A DNA stretch of 64,000 nucleotides from Phoronis australis (Eukaryota; Animalia; Phoronida): positions 289,472-353,471 of the forward strand of contig NMRA01000060.1 in the NCBI GenBank assembly GCA_002633005.1. Direction: 5' to 3'. Positions 1 through 11,799 of this stretch are shown here, piece by piece. Numbering within the stretch: position 1 is the first letter of the stretch; every line of letters begins with the position of its first letter. Both the position numbers and the translations under genes were made by a program. The notes beneath the pieces are model-generated. The model did no database searches. It worked only from the letters and a program-made list of their open reading frames with translations, and was not told the origin of the DNA.

Positions 1-287
1 TCGCAAAAAGTTCGCTAACAAAGATGTGCATTAGTTTCATGCAATACCAGTTAGACACCTTCATCGATATTACCACCAGGGAGTGCTGAAATATTCACAA
101 CAGTCAAAACGTGACCATGTTGAATATTTTCTACGAAAATGATGAAAAAAATCATCCATGTGCTTAATCTTTATAAGTTAAAACCAAACGCAAAAAGTTT
201 TACATAAATCTGTAGTGTTTTTCAAAAATTTCAAGAGATTAAAAATGACAATGCCAATAAAGAATGCGTGAAGACTGACTGGAAGCT

Positions 288-316
288 TCATCTAGTTCTT
301 TCATTGTCTCTTATAC
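288..316 (-). CDS. Ig-domain protein probable terminal coding exon (CIRDNERTR*)
   Basis: Strong acceptor ttattctttgcctccactccctctag|GT. The phase-1 join gives Cys, then 8 codons and TGA, followed by AT-rich UTR-like sequence. Further exons beyond the window edge cannot be excluded. Confidence 0.6.
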
Positions 317-863
317 CTAGAGGGAGTGGAGGCAAAGAATAAAACAAATTCACACATTAGACAGGGTGTCCCTAAATTGTTCACAAAAAATACTCTACAT
401 TAGGAATGTTTAGAAGTTATACAAAGCAATGCAGTTAACTAACTGCATAAAATTACAATTATATGAGCTTTGGTACCAAACATAGTAAGCTGTAAAATTT
501 TTGTTACACAAAGCAGATATGAAAAACTCATCAACACAAGCTCCGCCCACGACTTGAGCACCTTATTTCTGACAACACTTGAATGAAGTCACAAGTCTTG
601 TGTCAATCATACACGACAGGATCATCACCAGTTTGCCACTGATTCAATTATTTGTGAGGCCAGTGCAGCATTTTAATTCTAGAGTGCTCTTTTCATACAC
701 AATAGCAGGGAATACAGCACAAGTTAATTTCGATGCAGCCAATTTTGAGGCTGAATGCTCCATAAAGCTTACATGGCTCTCTCTTTCATAACCAATCCTG
801 TCTCAAACAGCAACAGTCCTTATCCAAACCCACACCCCGACAATTTATCTGAGCCCAACTTAC

Positions 864-1051
864 ACTCTAGCTCCACAGTTATCTCCACGCATTTCTTCTG
901 GGTGTTCAGCTTAGCACAAAGTTTGTATATCCCTTCATGTTCTTTGGAGGCTTTCAGTAGCTTCACCTTGTTCTCTTCCGGGCCCGACAAATCCTTCTGG
1001 TCGGCCCTGACTGTGTCGGGCAACACCCAGCTTTCATAGGTCGGTAGCGGG
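864..1051 (-). CDS. Ig-domain protein exon: Ig3 second half (PLPTYESW...KASKEHEGIYKLCAKLNTQKKCVEITVELE)
   Basis: cgtttcag| acceptor and T|GTAAGT donor. GNPLP..W and EHEGIY motifs. Phases match neighbouring exons. Confidence 0.88.
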
Positions 1052-1469
1052 CTGAAACGAGGCGAAAACATGGTTCTCTGTTTAATCGACTTGGCAGCAA
1101 CAATGTAGTTTACCCAACTGACGTACAACGGAGAAGAGCGTGCAAACCTTTGTCTATTTTACCATTTTCAAAGAGCCCAAAGCAAATTCTTGAAAGCATT
1201 TCTAACTTTCAAGTTAATTCTCTTTCATTCTCAGTCGTGACAGAAAGCTTTTCCAAAGATGAAACTGGCTTTCGGTCAGCCATCATGACAGAGACTTTCA
1301 GGTAAATTTGTCTGAATACCTTTACTCAAATGCTTTAAGATCGGAGGTGCCCCATGCCGTTAACAGCCACAGCTTCACACACAGGTGCCAGAATACACGC
1401 ATATTTCAACTACTAACAACTCCGTGTTTCCTGCTGACATCATCTCACTCAATTATCAAGGGCACGTAC

Positions 1470-1578
1470 TTTCCAGCAAAAATGGCCGTCAGCTCAAAGT
1501 CTGTCCCAGCACGAATGGTCCTCTTTTGCAACGCCGGAGTGGCAGGATATACAAGCTGTAACGGCTGCGTACCCGTAC
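1470..1578 (-). CDS. Ig-domain protein exon: Ig3 first half (TGTQPLQLVYPATPALQKRTIRAGTDFELTAIFAG)
   Basis: ttgcttttag| acceptor and AA|GTACGT donor. Resembles the start of L1/neuroglian Ig3 (PxLxYP...GxxxELxxIxxG). Confidence 0.88.
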
Positions 1579-2788
1579 CTAAAAGCAAGAGAAAATCGTT
1601 TTGAATTTTAAACAATGCCAGCATACTAGTGCAACACAGAAATGAATAACGGCAAACTGTTGTCAAAATCACATATAGCCTACCTGGAAGATATCTCACT
1701 AGCAAAGGGTGAGATGAATTTTCATTTTAGATTATCACATAGCAATATCTTTTGCCAAATTTGACACTCCTGTCATGTCTGTTCGATCAACATCGGATTT
1801 CACGCAACACGAGAGTCTCCTCAATAGCCCAAAGATTACTTTAAAGAGAGAGTCAGCCATTTTCTATTTACCGAGTCATAGAATCCTGAAACTTGATAAG
1901 AGAATAGATTTCATCAAGGGTTGCATGATGATTGTTATTTCTGCATAACCCATGTTCACGCGACTTGCTTACATGTACAGGTCATCGGGAAGTCTGTTCT
2001 CGGTTGATGTTCTTTTGAACTTGGATTTGGCAACAACCAAATAATGGTCGAATTAACAAGAGTTGCATTATATTTGCCAGGTATCTGCCGAGAAGTGTAA
2101 AAACTCAGCTAGCATACGCTGGAAATTCTAGGTCGCATTTAGCGACTTGATACGAGCTGACAAAAATCTCAGCTCGCATTTCCAAATTTCAGGTCGCAAA
2201 TGCGACCTGCAACTCGTTATGTCGAGCCCTGTGTGGCAGGATAACCAGTTGACACCTTCTGTAACTGTACAGCATCATGACAGAAGTCCTAGTTTGAACG
2301 GAAACGAGTCAAAAACGTATAGTGAATCGTTATACTGTTTTAATTGATGCCTCGTTATCTCAAAAGAATCACACGACAGGAACTTGTGAGAAAAGCATCG
2401 ATTCAGTCAATACTAGTCACAAAGGCATTTCTCATCTTCTAACCAATGAAAATATCCGAATGTTACCATCCCACCAATGGGAAGCAAGATTTATCATCCG
2501 TTCACAGTACTACTACTCATCAGACTGAGGGTGAGTGTAGCATACACTCAGAATCGGTTGAAAGTCTGTGATTAAATATTAGAACGCATCCATATTGATT
2601 TAGTAGCAAACATCTCAAGTACACATATATTTCTGCTCAGTACAAAATAATCATTTTAGCTTTTATTTTCGTACATTTTCTTTCTCCGAAATGCTATCTT
2701 TAGTTTGGCCATGAAGTGTTTGTCATAACTAACAACAGTATCTTTCATCTTCGCTGAGCGGCCATTCTCTTGACCGTGGAGTTCTTAC

Positions 2789-2941
2789 CTACAGCCTTCT
2801 TCACTTCCACAGCATTCGCGTCGATGGTAGTGCCAAGCTTGTCGTTCTTCTGACCACACATTAGGTATTTACCCTTGAAGTCTTCACTGATAGTGTATAG
2901 ATAAACAAGCGTCCCAGCTACGTTGTCCCTAATGGTTTCAT
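2789..2941 (-). CDS. Ig-domain protein exon: Ig2 second part (ETIRDNVAGTLVYLYTISEDFKGKYLMCGQKNDKLGTTIDANAVEVKKAV)
   Basis: tttttgtctag| acceptor and G|GTAAGA donor. Phase 1/1, open frame, with GTL...D...Y..C..N. Confidence 0.88.
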
Positions 2942-3024
2942 CTAGACAAAAATGTCAGTCTCGCTTCAGAAAACAAGGAAATTAGCAAACACAGTAGAAA
3001 TCACATCAAAGCAACATTAATAGA

Positions 3025-3079
3025 TGGATGGAGGCAGGGAAGGAGGGAGAGAGGGAGGGAGGAAGGGAGGGGAGAGAGA
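3025..3079 (+). repeat. Purine-rich (GGGA/GGAA)n microsatellite
   Basis: ggatggaggcagggaaggagggagagagggagggaggaagggaggggagagaga. Confidence 0.8.
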
Positions 3080-4762
3080 CTTTTAATTATTTTAAATATA
3101 TCTCCAACCAGTTACCTTATTCACAAAAATTGGCCATTTTAACAATATTTCACAAATTTCTAGCAAAATACCTTGGAACTGCCCATCTGCATGGAAATTT
3201 GTTTACTACTTATCCGAGGTCAAAGGTTACACGGCTTTCACTCAAATTGAATCACCTGCCAGGTACAGAGCAATTTCGTATGTACCCTAAGTCCTTTCAT
3301 TCCTACTTTTAAGTAAGTCAACAGTTGATCCCACCTCTCAGCTCGGGACGGTAAAAAGAATTAATGCTTTAGCAATAATTAAGTTAATTGCACATCGCAA
3401 ATTCAATTCACATTAAGAGTGGATGTTGAAATAGCTAACATGGTGAAGGCATGAATAGGTTATATTGACCGAAAACGAGTTTTCACCAAATAACTAACCG
3501 AAGACCTTGATAATTTCACTTTTCCCAGTTTAATCGGTAATTTCTCAGCTTCGGCAAATTGACTGAATTTGAACTTAGGAACAAGAGTTCTCGAAAACGG
3601 CTAGGTGGATTTCACAGATACTTTCCACACTTAATATTTATTCATCAATCTCAAAAATGCTTTAGGATTTTCAATATCGAAGGCCTAATTTTTGCGCAAT
3701 GTAACAAAGATGAATATGACTTCTATTTTTACAAAAATACCTTATGTTGATTTGTCATAGAAACCAAATGAAAAAACTAATCGAAAATTCCTAACAGCCT
3801 TTTTGAGGTAACTAGTGAAGAGTTCATTTAAAAAGACTTCATTAAAATCGACCGAGAGGTTCTTTGCTATGAATGTACCATTCTTAAAAATGAAACATTG
3901 ACTTACAAAAGGTGTTAACGTAATAAAAAGAATAAATATAAAACATATTTTTATATTCCCTGTTCTTTTTTCTTTAAGAAAATATATACTTTTACAAACA
4001 GATTGGAATGAAGGACACTAAATAAGGTTTGAGATAACCTTAAGATCTAATACAATGCTAAATAAACTGTAAAATACCTTCCAATTACTCTAGCAACAAT
4101 GAAAGTAGACGAGCAAAATTGTTTGTTTTTTTGTACTTGTTTATAAATGGTAATAAATACCTCAGAAAAAAATGGTAAAACAAAGCATGTCAGTTAAAAT
4201 ACAAACACAGCCTTATTCAGCACCTGGAGGACCTCTGAAACATGAAAAGAAACTCCTCCAGGTGTCTTGGGAACAACAGTTCATCAAGACAGACCCACCA
4301 TGACTTCACCAACAGTCTGGTGAACAATAGCCCTTCAAGAAAAAAATATTTCTGCATCTCATGTTACGCAATTAAATCTCTAAAATGGACAATATAACAA
4401 TCTTTGTTGAGCAAAAGAATGATCCAAAATTAACATGATCCCTACTTATCATCCAGGAGCAGGCAGACACTCTCCTCTACCCAGTTAGGCACGACTTCCC
4501 CATTCACCACACTTCCCCCCATAACGAAGAGTAAGATGTTAGTTCCAGTAGCAAAAGTTCACAGTGCTCAGTGTCCAGTAGCAAACACTCACAGCAGTGT
4601 ATGACCAATTTCAACCACTGGATAACGGGCATCAAACTGGTTCGCAAAATCTCGAATTCCACACCTGACTAGTGCAAGTCGTTAACCAGACTATGAAATG
4701 TGTCAAACACGGGCTAGGAGTTACAACAAGCTAGTGAATGGCATAGCAATAGATCAACCTAC

Positions 4763-4978
4763 CGGTTACAGGGATTTCCTGTATGCGTTTGAGAGACGTG
4801 TCAACAGTTGCCGCCGCTTGTTCTCCAACATTATTAATCCAGCTAAACACGACAGACTGGCGCGGTGCAAAGTCCAACCACGGCTTACACGGTACCTCTA
4901 ACTTCATTCCAACCTGCACTGTGATCTCTTGTCCTTCTGCTGATGTATGTGGCGCGAAATCTTTAGGAACAGAAAGCT
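4763..4978 (-). CDS. Ig-domain protein exon: Ig2 first part (LSVPKDF...ITVQVGMKLEVPCKP...VVFSW...IQEIPVT)
   Basis: Open frame with an L1/contactin-Ig2-like LxxPCxP...FSW. The donor G|GTAGGT is clear. The acceptor (tatgaag|) is weak, so the 5' boundary is uncertain. Confidence 0.8.
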
Positions 4979-5148
4979 CTTCATACAGTTCAGCCACGTG
5001 AAAATTTAAAACAACACAAATATTTGATAAAGTAATGGCCAATTTGATGTCACACTGAAAACAACCAGCATAAACAACATTCATTTAGTATAAAGATCCC
5101 AACACGACCTGAATAGTAAAACACAGTCTTTGATCTTGTACAACTAAC

Positions 5149-5160
5149 CTGTATCAATGC
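5149..5160 (-). CDS. Ig-domain protein 12-nt micro-exon (C-I-D-T linker between Ig1 and Ig2)
   Basis: Branch-like CCTTAAC, then catgtag|GCATTGATACAG|GTTAGT. Phases 1/1. Skipping it would join T|AG, a stop codon. Confidence 0.6.
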
Positions 5161-5162
5161 CT

Positions 5163-5687
5163 ACATGAGCTAAGTTAAGGCAAATATACTGAAAAACATA
5201 TGCATTCAAGCTTTAGCATCAAATTACAGAGATGCAGAAGTGACTTGAAACTGAATTGAAAACATAAAATATATTTCTCTTCCCGGACAATTTGTGCAAG
5301 CTGGTACCATGTTTCAATGGTCAGCAAAACCACAACTTCACAGAAAGAAGCAACACCTTCAGAAAGCTGTTCAAGAGGCGTAAAAACTGTGCATTCACTT
5401 ACAGTAGACAACTAGATGAGCCAGACTAGACATGAGCTAAGTTAAGGCAAATATACTAAAAAACATATGCATTCAAGCTTTAGCATCAAATTACAGAGAT
5501 GCAGAAGTGACTTGAAACTGAATTAAAAACATAAAATATATTTCACTTCCCGGACACTTAGTTCAAGTTGCCACCATGGTTCCATGGTTAGCACAAATGC
5601 AATTTCACAGAAAAAGCAACACTCTGAAAAGCTGTTCAAGAAGCTACACACTTACAGTAGACAACTAGATGAGCCAGACTAGACATG
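5163..5687. repeat. About 260-bp diverged tandem duplication including an Ig1 exon end and its splice donor
   Basis: Units 5163-5429 and 5430-5687 are joined at an ACATG microhomology. CACTTACAGTAGACAACTAGATGAGCCAGACTAGACATG occurs twice. No N gap. Confidence 0.9.
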
Positions 5688-5867
5688 TCCCCACTTTTTC
5701 CATTGTTGGCTATACATTGATAATAGCCCGCATCGTCTTCGGCGACCTTATTAACATGCAGCGTGTTCTCGCCAGCGACGTTGTCCCGCACAAAGTTCTT
5801 CGTGCCAGAGGGGTCTATCGTCAACTTCTTCAAGTCTGTTGGTGTTTTGCCGTAATGCCAGACAACA
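5656..5867 (-). CDS. Ig-domain protein exon: Ig1 second half (VVWHYG...TLHVNKVAEDDAGYYQCIANN...AHLVVY)
   Basis: tttcag| acceptor and T|GTAAGT donor. C-strand Trp and the DxGxYxCxAxN Ig signature. Confidence 0.95.
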
Positions 5868-6051
5868 CTGAAACACATTTTGAGCAATGACTACTATAGG
5901 CACAATCCTTCCTATAGTTGAAATCATAGCAGAACAATAATGGCAAATAACAATCAATGAAAGTAACAAGAAAAATGGCGCTTTTCATATGTATCATTGC
6001 TGTTACTGTATGTGGTGTCTAATTTTGAGAAACCTACAAATATTGACATAC

Positions 6052-6154
6052 CTTGGTTGAGGCTCGCCTGTGAATTTGCACTTGAACGTAACACCATTTC
6101 TAGGGTTTATCCCAATATCTTTTGGACCTTCTGTAATTTTCACTGGTGCCTCAC
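6052..6154 (-). CDS. Ig-domain protein exon: Ig1 first half (EAPVKITEGPKDIGINPRNGVTFKCKFTGEPQP)
   Basis: ttttatag| acceptor and AG|GTATGT donor. I-set A/B strands with the B-strand Cys and GxPxP. Confidence 0.92.
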
Positions 6155-9100
6155 CTATAAAATTGAAAAAATAAACATCTAATTAGCATCAGTCAAGTGT
6201 TTCTATTGACCACAGATATAATGACATCATCATTCGCTTTCTGCTCCATACAGGGACCACTTGAAGGCCACAAAGTTTAGTTCTGTAGACATTAGGTTTG
6301 GGCACACAATTTTCTCAGCCAAAATTGAGCTCCTCACACAATCATGAGTGATTTAAAGGAGCAGTCCATGTATACGGTGCTCAATGCAGTTTCAAAATGA
6401 CTTTCCAGTTTCCAACACAAAAATTTCCAACAAGAATTGTGAATTCACCGGGCAGAAATCCTAGATTTTATTAAAGCGCCTTTGTTATAAAACAACACTT
6501 GATTTACTGAACTACAAATCTGCTCTCAATTTGTTCTTTGCGCACATTAGAGACAATTTCCGAGCATGAGAACAAATGACAGTTCGTTACAACTGAAGAT
6601 GAAACTTGATAAACAGGTCATTTTATGGGATGATGAGTTGGGTGACAAGCAATACCAACCTGTCAGTTCATCCCTCCATAAGAAATTAGTCCTCACTTGA
6701 GAAAGGGACAAGTTGGACCCTATATCAAAGTGGGGAATGATCTAAGGCAAAGGTGGATTCTTTGGCGGAGGAACGCGGGTTTATCAACACTTTCAACTCG
6801 GCAATCAAACAGAGATCAGACATCTGAGCGTAGAAACGGGCAAATACATTTTATACATGACTTGTTATACCGGTCTGTCACCAAAGCAATTCCAAAAAGT
6901 AGAATGTTTGCACGAGAACTTAACAAATCCTGGAGCATAGAGATAAACACCTTTGTCAGTTCATAAGGTGAGGGTTAGTTATCACTGATTCTATAACAAA
7001 CCTGTTCACCAAAACTTTTCCAGAGACAGACATAGTTATAAGTAAATATGCCAAAGGAAAGAATAATTTCATTTCTTCTTTGCAATCCTGCAGAGAGGTA
7101 AGTAGAATTGAATAGAGAACCAGGTCCAAGTAGTAGAAAAAAAACTAGTCATGAAGCAAAACAATACAAAAATAAAACAGACAAACACTCAAACGCTAAT
7201 CAAAAAACATAAAATATAGCACTGGGTGGTGTTTGGAGAGCCATGTAATAGTTATGAGTGCACGGGTGGTGAGTGACAAACAACAAAACTTCCACGACAC
7301 CTCACAGGTCAAATATGGCATGGCAAGTTGCAGTTGAATATTAGTATTTAAAGCGGCTACCATTAAATGCACTTAACCTTGCATTTGTTCAGGTCTTAAC
7401 TTAACAGGGTGTTAGTCGCGTGTAACAGCCGTTTGTCATCCATTCATACTACACGTCAAAGTCTTCTCTCTTTGTAATGGATAAGTTAAACTTCATTAAC
7501 ACTATGTATCTCTGAGAAATTTATTGCTCAGTTTTACCATAAGTTCCGTCCACATCCAGCCTACCCTACAACAACTTGCACTGTGCCACTTACCCCACTT
7601 TTAAGTGGAGCGTCCACACAAGCATATCCGATAACTAGGGTAAAGCGGAAGTTGTCGGTGTGTGCACGACAATTAAAAGCTGATGCAAATAAGGGGCGCA
7701 AAAGAAAACCCGTCTGAATGTAACCGCAGATGATTACTTCCGCCTTGCCCCAGAAGCGTGTTTTTAGCTCGTCCACTCCCACCTCCACACATTTTAGGCT
7801 GCAGAGTCGTAGTATTTGTCACCGCGGTTTACAATCACACGACACGCCATTGAAGAGATCCACCACGCTATCCCAGAAGCCCCGGCAATGTTGACAATTT
7901 ACGTTCCTCCGAAACATAAAGATCAACTTCCGCTTTTCGAGGTGAAAGTCGTCGGCAACGCTGCGGTAAGAAAGAAATTTGCTGCCGAAATTTTATATCA
8001 AATCTGATTTTTTTTTTACGTTGACAGAACATTTGAAATAAACGTAAATCCGCGTTTCCGCGGAAAATTCCCAGTCTTGAAGTTACCCTAGAACAAGTTA
8101 CCCTACCACGATATGGTGGAGTAATTTGTCACAAGTGGGGCAAGTCGCACTACCTTAAACAGTGTCCAGACTGCTTTCAAACCTAGCAACAAGTCGTTCC
8201 TGGGAAAGATTGTTCTGGGGTAAGTCTGTGTGTGGACAGCACTTGAGTGTTTCAAAAGCTTAAGATATAGTCAGGAGGGGCCCTAATAATAGACACATAG
8301 AGAGCCTTATATTGATACCGCTCAGTAAACAGAGAGATGAACACCTACACTGGGAGGAAGAAGTTAAAATCCTAAGTATATTTTAATTTTTTTCTTAAAA
8401 AAATGTGTAAATCAGTCACAGAAAAAAGCAACACTTTCAGAAGAACATTGCACCTTTAGGAGGTCTGCCAAAAGGAGTGCATTTTGCACGATTTTGTAAG
8501 CGTCAGTAAATATGGACCATTCCTAAGCAACAGCAATGAATGGCAACAACTTAGTACGGTATGTTTGTAACTAGCTCAATTTGAAACATGGTAAAGGTTT
8601 GCGCGTCCTTGCTACATGGCCAGGAGAGGGCACTGTTTTCTGACCAGCACCGAACTCCTTCAGGTCAAGAACAACTCAACATGGGCACTCAAAATGGAAA
8701 CGCTGAAAATCAAGGGTTGGGCCTGACCAAACGTGGACGTTAACTAGATACAGTATCTACTCTGCACAAGCAAACATCACATGTAACTATGCAACAGAAT
8801 ATCTCTAGGCAGGAAATCATATCGAATTAAAAGTTTTGAAAGTTCTGAGAACTTCAATGCAATTTCTGTCCAAGGACTGGTGATTGTGCAGAGTAAATAT
8901 CTTTTTATCCTCAATATATGGTGATTAGGTGCACAAATTCCTGTTAATATTAAAAATAACATGCTAGCATACACTTCTTATCCACTTTAGCAGTTACCCT
9001 TGAGGTCACATGGCATGCCTTACACTAGAGTACTGACAAAAACGAATAAACCAAACACAACACAAGATGTAGATAAAGTTGTTCTGGTGTTTTGCCGAGA

Positions 9101-9970
9101 TTTATAAACGCATTCATGAGAATCACAATTCCGGCAATACCAGCGTGTTACCAAGCCAAACAAAGTAACCAATTGACGGTGTCTTGTAGTTCTCAGTATG
9201 ATTACAAAAATCGACATTAAAATTGCTTTCATAACTAAGCAAAACATGGTCAGCCAAATATATCTACACCTTTGGGCAAGAATGTTTTTACAAATTTGTC
9301 AAAAAAGGGAATGAAAATAAAAATAAATAATAAACACTAAAGTGGCAAGCTTGGCAAGATATAATTCAAGTGAACAATTAATAAACAAATAACGCTTGCA
9401 AAAAGCCTCAAGATTGTGACAGTGGTTAGAATTTGCAAAAACCAAAAATGCCAACATCTACCATCGACACGATACTATATCAAGACAACAGGGGGCAAGC
9501 AGGACGACATTTTGCACGGGAACTTACTCGTCGAATTACCGTCGGGCGTCCCGCCTTGCACGGAACTTTTTCCACCTAGCTGCTCGTTGCCTGGCAAATG
9601 TACACTTTTTTTAGTTTCAATGTAGCCAACTTTAGAACAATTTACAAGGCAGTGAAGTCAGCTACACTAATTTGTCATCGGGTTTTCCGCAACAAAGATT
9701 ATTATCATGCAGCCGTTGGCGAACCAAAGAGACAGCAATTGGTCACAAGACTAGTGTCGCCACCTCGTTGCAAATGAAGGTACTTTCCCACTTGCTACTG
9801 CGCAGCTTGAAGTGGAATTAAACGTCTTTACCAAGGTTCTCATGTTGCAATGTTTTGAGAAATTGTGAGCATTCAAACAGTACAAAGAAGCCATTGAAAA
9901 ATGAAACCTCATCAATTCTGACAACTATTTTTTCTAAGTTGGTGAGACTTTTTACTGTACCACAACATAC

Positions 9971-10096
9971 CAGTGGTGGATCCAGGATTTTTAAAAGGGG
10001 GTCCAAGTCAACAATTTAAAAATTCTAGATTTAATATCACTAAAATCAAGGGAAAAGGGGGACTCCCGACCCCTTTAACCCCTGGATCCCCCTATG
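9971..10096. mobile_element. Older MITE of the CAGKGGYGGATCCA type
   Basis: Termini CAGTGGTGGATCCAGG and CCTGGATCCCCCTATG resemble 38099-38261. TSD decayed. Confidence 0.55.
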
Positions 10097-10295
10097 TATA
10101 ACAATGCTTAAGATTTACTTTCTATGCCACAGGACGTATCATACAAAAAATGAAATACAACTACTGACTTGCTAACATCTGTCGACAAATCACTTCAATT
10201 CCAGAATAATCTCCAATGACTGTAGATCAAAAAGCATAAAATCTGTCAACATCTACAAGTATGTTAGTTCATTGTTCTTGTAATGAGTAACTTAC

Positions 10296-10350
10296 TCTGA
10301 CACTGTACTTGGGCGACAAGTAGCAGACCTAGAACCACGGCTTGCTTCAT
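10296..10350 (-). CDS. Ig-domain protein, first coding exon: signal peptide MKQAVVLGLLLVAQVQCQ
   Basis: On the minus strand: acceptor ttttctttttcag| at 10378-10380, 27 nt of UTR, ATG in the context ACAACATGA, a hydrophobic leader, then donor A|GTAAGT. Phase 1 fits the next exon. Confidence 0.88.
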
Positions 10351-10890
10351 GTTGTGGGTTAAGTAATCAAGACTTTTCTGAAAAAGAAAACATAAGCTAT
10401 GATTATGTTGTATTTTCTATACACTCTGGGTATATTAGAAAATCAAAACAATGCACTATCCTACATGATGTAGGCCTTGCACAAGCATTTGACAAAAATA
10501 CAGCTAAGGGTAAATTTGCGTGTAAAGCTAGAAAACCTTGTACTGATTGAAATGCATTTTTCAATTTTTTCACCACTATACTGTAAATTTGGGGTGCCAG
10601 TTCAGATTAAGAGGGTACAAAATAGGACGGGGATGGGATATCACTTTTTGCTTGATATAAATTTTGACTCGATTATTCTCGGCATACTATGAATACTGGT
10701 GAGATCTTAAAAATTTGCTACACAAGAGGATAAGGTAAAATTTGGTAGACTTTTTCCACGTGAGGTACAAATAAGGGTCACATTTTAAGCCCTCTTTCGC
10801 TCATACACATGAGACACAATTCTAAGTCCAGGTCACCCTCCAACCCCAAAAAGAAAAAAGACGACTACATCCCAGGGAGATAGCATTCGA

Positions 10891-10962
10891 ACAGGGTTTC
10901 ACTGAATGTATGTTCATGTGCAACACAGGGTTTCACTGAATGTATGTCCATGTGCAACACAG
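10891..10962. repeat. 34-bp tandem duplication
   Basis: ACAGGGTTTCACTGAATGTATGTYCATGTGCAAC x2. Confidence 0.85.
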
Positions 10963-11799
10963 ACTCTTCATCAGCAGGTGTCATAACAACCCAACCACAA
11001 GCACCTGATCCCTGAACCATAGAAATTCCGTGGAAAAGTAAAAAATATTTACTATTCACGAGGCAGGTACGGTGACCTTAATGATCCAATGGCAAGATAT
11101 CGAATTTCAAAGAATGAGAAATAGATTTGAATAAACTTAAAACACAGAAGAGTAGAATTCTAAGCCAAAGTGAGACAGCCGGATTATCTTGAACGATGCT
11201 GTGAAGTGTCTCATACCATTGATCAAATAGAACGCATAAAACTCTAGGATCACTCCTCAGATAACATAGATCGACATATACGCCAGATATATCATCCTTC
11301 AGACATTTGACCTAAGATGGCCTCAGCATGTTTGCTGAACACCACAAAAATCAATGTGATGCCAACCCTTCCATTCCAGATCATATTCTAATATCTTGGT
11401 AATGAACAGAAAATTCCATAATTTCAATAGTCAAAAGCCACTTTGGTTTTGAAACTATTCAGCTCAACCAATAATGGCTATCCATTTAGAAATGGGGACA
11501 GCATTGCTGCTGTTATTTCAGATCTCAGATAATAAATTTGAAACATGCTAAAACTTGAGGTAAAATCATGAAAAAGGATGAGAATTTAAAGAAATGCATG
11601 TCATACGCATTCATTTAATTGTACAAAACTCTAAATGTTTACAAACTTTTGAACACAGACCTCACCTGAACAAGAGATAAAATGACAAGGGGACGAACAC
11701 CTCAGTGAACTTCAATTAAAAAACCAGTAAGCATAAAGCCTCAATCTCATGTATTTAGGTCAACTACGCTTGAATATGATAAACAGCCTTTTATCATGC

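Noticed and set aside
4997-5003. AT-AC (U12) acceptor ttttcac|GTG for the Ig2 exon
   Set aside because: There is no upstream ATATCC donor, and the phase would not match the preceding exons.
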